From the human T2T-CHM13v2.0 reference genome, Homo sapiens, in NCBI RefSeq assembly GCF_009914755.1, contig NC_060932.1: DNA of 64,000 bases; one strand, given 5' to 3'. The position numbers were made by a program, and so were the translations under genes. A model generated the notes under the pieces. It saw nothing but the letters and a program-made list of their open reading frames with translations. It was not told the origin of the DNA and ran no database searches. Positions 60,194-64,000 of this stretch are shown one piece after another. Numbering within the stretch: the stretch's first letter is position 1; each line of letters opens with the position of its first letter.

Positions 60194-60490
60194 TGACAGA
60201 TTGGATAATGGTTCCTAAAGATATTCACGTCTTAATCCCTGGAACCTGTGAATGTTACCTTTACATGTTAGGAGACTGTACAGATGTGGTTAATTTAAGG
60301 ATCTTGAGATGGGGAGAGTATCCTGGATTATCAGAGCAGATCTCAAACATAATCATAAATTTCCTTTTAAGAGGGAGGAAGAGGGATGCTATACTACAGA
60401 AGAAGAGAGAGCAGTGTGAAAATGGGAGCAAAATTTGGAGCATTGCTGGCACACACTAAGGAAAGCCAGTAGCCAGCAGAGGCTGAAAAA
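60194..60490. mobile_element. MLT1 (MaLR) LTR fragment in FABP12 intron 1
   Basis: aaagatattcacgtcttaatccctggaacctgtgaatgttacctt...aaggatcttgagatgggg. Confidence 0.82.
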
Positions 60491-60836
60491 CAAAATCTAC
60501 TCTGAACTTTATTCTGAAGATCCCCTAAAGCTTAGAGCAAACATTTACAAAATAATCATTTTAAAAAATAGTTGTATTTTTTTGTTTTAAAACATTTATT
60601 AAAATCACTTGCTGTTTAGTTAGTTTATGTAAATTAATGGTAACTTATATGAGAGATTATTGTCAACTCCAACATAGTTTTGCACAGAACTATATCCTGG
60701 TACTCAATCAATATTTATTTTTTCCTATGTGAAAAATTAGGGAGTTCAAGATTAATATTATTTTATACAGAGCAAGTTCTGTGCTATCAAAATGCCCATT
60801 TTTACTGGATATGATATGCAAGTAAACATAGCTCAC

Positions 60837-60909
60837 CCAGCTCCTTCATGTAGTCTTCGGAATTTTCACAAGAAATGGACTTCCATGTTCCTTGGAGCTG
60901 GTCAATCAT
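60837..60909 (-). CDS. FABP12: FABP12 coding exon 1 (MIDQLQGTWKSISCENSEDYMKEL-G)
   Basis: ATG at 60909, 73 nt, GTGAGC donor; same size and phase as FABP4 exon 1. Confidence 0.96.
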
Positions 60910-60984
60910 TCTGTCTGAGATAAGTTGATCTCAAAGAACAGTAGTTTCATGTGTATGCTGGTTTTCCCTGAAGTAGTATGGGAA

Positions 60985-60998
60985 CTTGTTTTTAATAC
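60985..60998 (-). promoter_or_regulatory. Possible FABP12 proximal TATA-like element (TATTAAAA)
   Basis: About 80-90 nt upstream of the ATG, similar to the FABP4 TTTAAAA position. An upstream non-coding exon spliced to CTACTTCAG (~60968) is an alternative. Confidence 0.4.
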
Positions 60999-61536
60999 AA
61001 TTTTGGGTAGAGAATGAGATGAGAAAAGTTAGGAAATAAAATAAGGAACTCTAATCCTTGCAATGTTCCTTGAGTATCATCTAAAGCAGAAAAGCTTTCT
61101 TAAATTTAAATACATCAGGATGAAAATGGAAACACAGTAGAGTGTTTAGCAGAACTAGATATACCTTTTCCAACACCAATTTAGCATCAAAACTAAATGT
61201 TACTTTCCTTCCCTAGGACCTGCCAGGCACAAAGCAGTGTGTAAGAGCTGGGCCTGGACAGCTGTGTTTATGCCGTGGAACTTTTGTGCCCAGGTCTCTC
61301 TCTCTGTCTGTCCAAAGATGATTCAGAAAAAGCCAATTTATTGGCTGTTTGAAGATCATTCTCATTCTTGATAGTTTCAACTAAACACCAGACAGACTTC
61401 ATAGATGGTACTTGACATTTGAAGTAAAAAGTTAAGTTTAGTAAGGGCTAGAACAACCACTTTAAGTCATGTGCACAATGAAAAAGAGAATGGGACAGAG
61501 AAAAAAGAAAGGAAAGAGATCATGTTACAAACACAT

Positions 61537-61563
61537 GCACACACACACACACACACACACACA
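61537..61563 (+). repeat. (CA)n microsatellite
   Basis: Direct reading. Confidence 0.9.
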
Positions 61564-62134
61564 GCCCTGTTACTGACACTTTTCCAGGTGCCAGCTCAAC
61601 TTCCCAACGGTTTAGAGAGCCATCATTGCCATGAGAACACCAAATATCTTTTAAGTCCTCTTTAATTTAGGCTACTTTCTGTTCCTTTCAACCCTGACTG
61701 TAAAATCTCAGTGTCCACTAATAACTGTAAGTCAGAACAGGGGTCAAGGAATATAACAGCAAATCCATCAGCTAGAGAAGAGGGGACTCCAAATGCTAAG
61801 TAAAGGACAAACATGCCCTTATACATTCCATCAGCCCCTGAGGACATCATTGTTAATTCTAGGCAGAGCTTGATGTCCATAGGTTGACACAAAGCTATTA
61901 AGAAATACTGAAGTTATAAAATTATTTTAAGACAAGAATGGGGACATGGCATTTTATAATTCCCATTAAAATGTTAAATTTCCAAATTCTAATATCCAGG
62001 CCAATAGTCTTACTGATAATTATTCAACTAACATTTATAAAGCAATTAGCATTATATGCCTAATATGAGGCAAAAATTTTGCATACACTACTGATTAAAT
62101 GTTCCAGATATGGTTGGTAAAGATACTATAGTTT

Positions 62135-62451
<317 letters not shown>

Positions 62452-62689
62452 AGCCTTAGTTCATTGGTTGGTTTTCCTGAGTAATTTGTACGACTGTGCT
62501 CATTCAACTTAATAGGCATGAGGCTGAAGCCAGGAAATGACCCAACATTGAGGGTAATCTGGGCACTGAAGGCACTACAATTCCCAGGATTTTTCAAGAA
62601 AATGTCGAATGTGCTGCCACATATGTCGGATGCACATGGATCCCCTCCCACAAGGAAAATCACGATTGAAGATCACCTCCTTGAAGATG

Positions 62690-64000
62690 TCGTATTGGGA
62701 GCGGTGTTTTTCCCTGTTGCTGACAGGTTAGACTTGCACAGGCGTCAGTACTGAGGTGTGAGACGGAGCCCATGTATGGCTTCTATCTCTGCACTGTGGC
62801 TGCTCCGTTCATGTGTCAGTCACATCAGCTCAGAGACTGCCTAATGTCAACTGGCCTAGTCATTTTGTCTACTCTGTTGTTCAGTGCCTCTTCTGTGATT
62901 GATGCTTTCTAGTGTTCATGAATACAAGAGCCAAAAATCTTCACATATTTTGCCCACTCCTATAGGTTCACACACATTCCTCTCCACCAAACATTCTTGT
63001 CTGCAATTTTTCAGTCCTCCTTCCAGGTCCCTGACCAGCTTTTCAGACGATTCGCTTCCACCCATGAGTATATATATGTTCCCATTCCAAGCCACTGTGT
63101 CCTCCACATGAAATAGGGAACAGGTGCATGACTCTGAGCTTTGTCCATTGATATGATTTTCCTTACCAGTTCCTCAAGTCCCCCCCACATCCCAAGTGTC
63201 ATGAAACCACTGCCCATTTTTAACTTGCCTCCACACCCTGTGCTGACTGGTACATTAAACATGCTCAGGTTTTTTCTCCTCCTTTAGCTGGTCACGTGGG
63301 ACCCACATACTGTCTGGGGCATGATCTGAAGGAGGGGTGCTGGTGCTGCAGTGGTGGGTGACATGGGGATCTGCACCACCTGCTCATGCAGTTACCTTAG
63401 GACTTCTGGTCTTGTTTAGGCTTGACCCCAGATGCACAATCTGATCTCACGATGGACTTCTGCTGGACATACCTGACTTGATGACTCTGTGGGTCTGACG
63501 GAACCTGGCTCATAATGGACACTTCCAGATACATTGTTACTTGATATCCTATAGTCAAGAATTCTGTCTCTATGGGGCCCCAGTAACACATTAGGCACTC
63601 TGTTTTAATAGGTGTATAAGTCTCTGTTACAGATGGCATGATCTTTCTTCACAACCCCAGACATTGGTGCTATGATGCTCACCCACACACATACATACAC
63701 ACACTCTCTCTCTCACACACATACACACACACCATACACATTATATTGCATATTTTCCTCTCACTAACACCTCCAGCACCGTGGAGTTTACCAATCACAT
63801 GACCCAAGCATCAGGGCAGCTCATATCACAGCCCTTCCTTCCTGCAGACCCTTTCCTGCTCTGGGCTCCACTCAAAGCAGGGAGCCTTTCATGCCATCCA
63901 GTATATGGGCTGCAGCACATGCCTAAATGTGCAATATGTTGCCACCATAAGCCAAAGAGTCCCACAAGAATTTTGATAGAACAGGCAAAATGTAGCAATT
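62690..64000 (-). mobile_element. ERVL pol remnant (RT thumb, RNase H, integrase zinc finger), running off the window end
   Basis: Track ORFs give LVGLFGLWWQHIAHLG and CYWGPIETEFLTIGYQVTMYLEVSIMSQVPSDPQSHQVRYVQQKSI; manual reading gives EWAKYVKIF, EEALNNRVDKMTRPVD and TCQQQ. All resemble ERVL Pol, with many frameshifts. Confidence 0.85.

Overview
Primate (human-like) genomic DNA, AT-rich and repeat-dense, from the intracellular lipid-binding protein cluster (from memory chr8q21.13). It holds two complete four-coding-exon genes on the minus strand, FABP4/aP2 (CDS 12766-8464, 132 aa) and FABP12 (CDS 60909-54640, 140 aa). Between them lie a full-length processed ferritin heavy-chain pseudogene (FTH1P11-like, 51085-52022; one frameshift, intact IRE, 16-bp TSD) and a truncated U4 snRNA retrocopy. 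The rest is mostly Alus, old L1/L2/MIR, DNA-transposon fossils, LTRs and three ERVL internal fragments. Almost all ORFs in the supplied track are Alu, L1 or chance ORFs. I found no convincing new biological system. The best second-look items are a collinear orthologue of the mouse aP2 fat-specific enhancer (NF1/ARE6/ARE7) at about -9.4 kb, the intact IRE and CpG-rich 5' end of the ferritin retrocopy, and several FABP12 oddities: an overlapping uORF, a stop-loss tail, altered pocket residues and a duplicated acceptor-proximal 38-mer. Comparisons with mouse, FTH1, U4 and repeat consensus sequences are from memory, and repeat boundaries are approximate.
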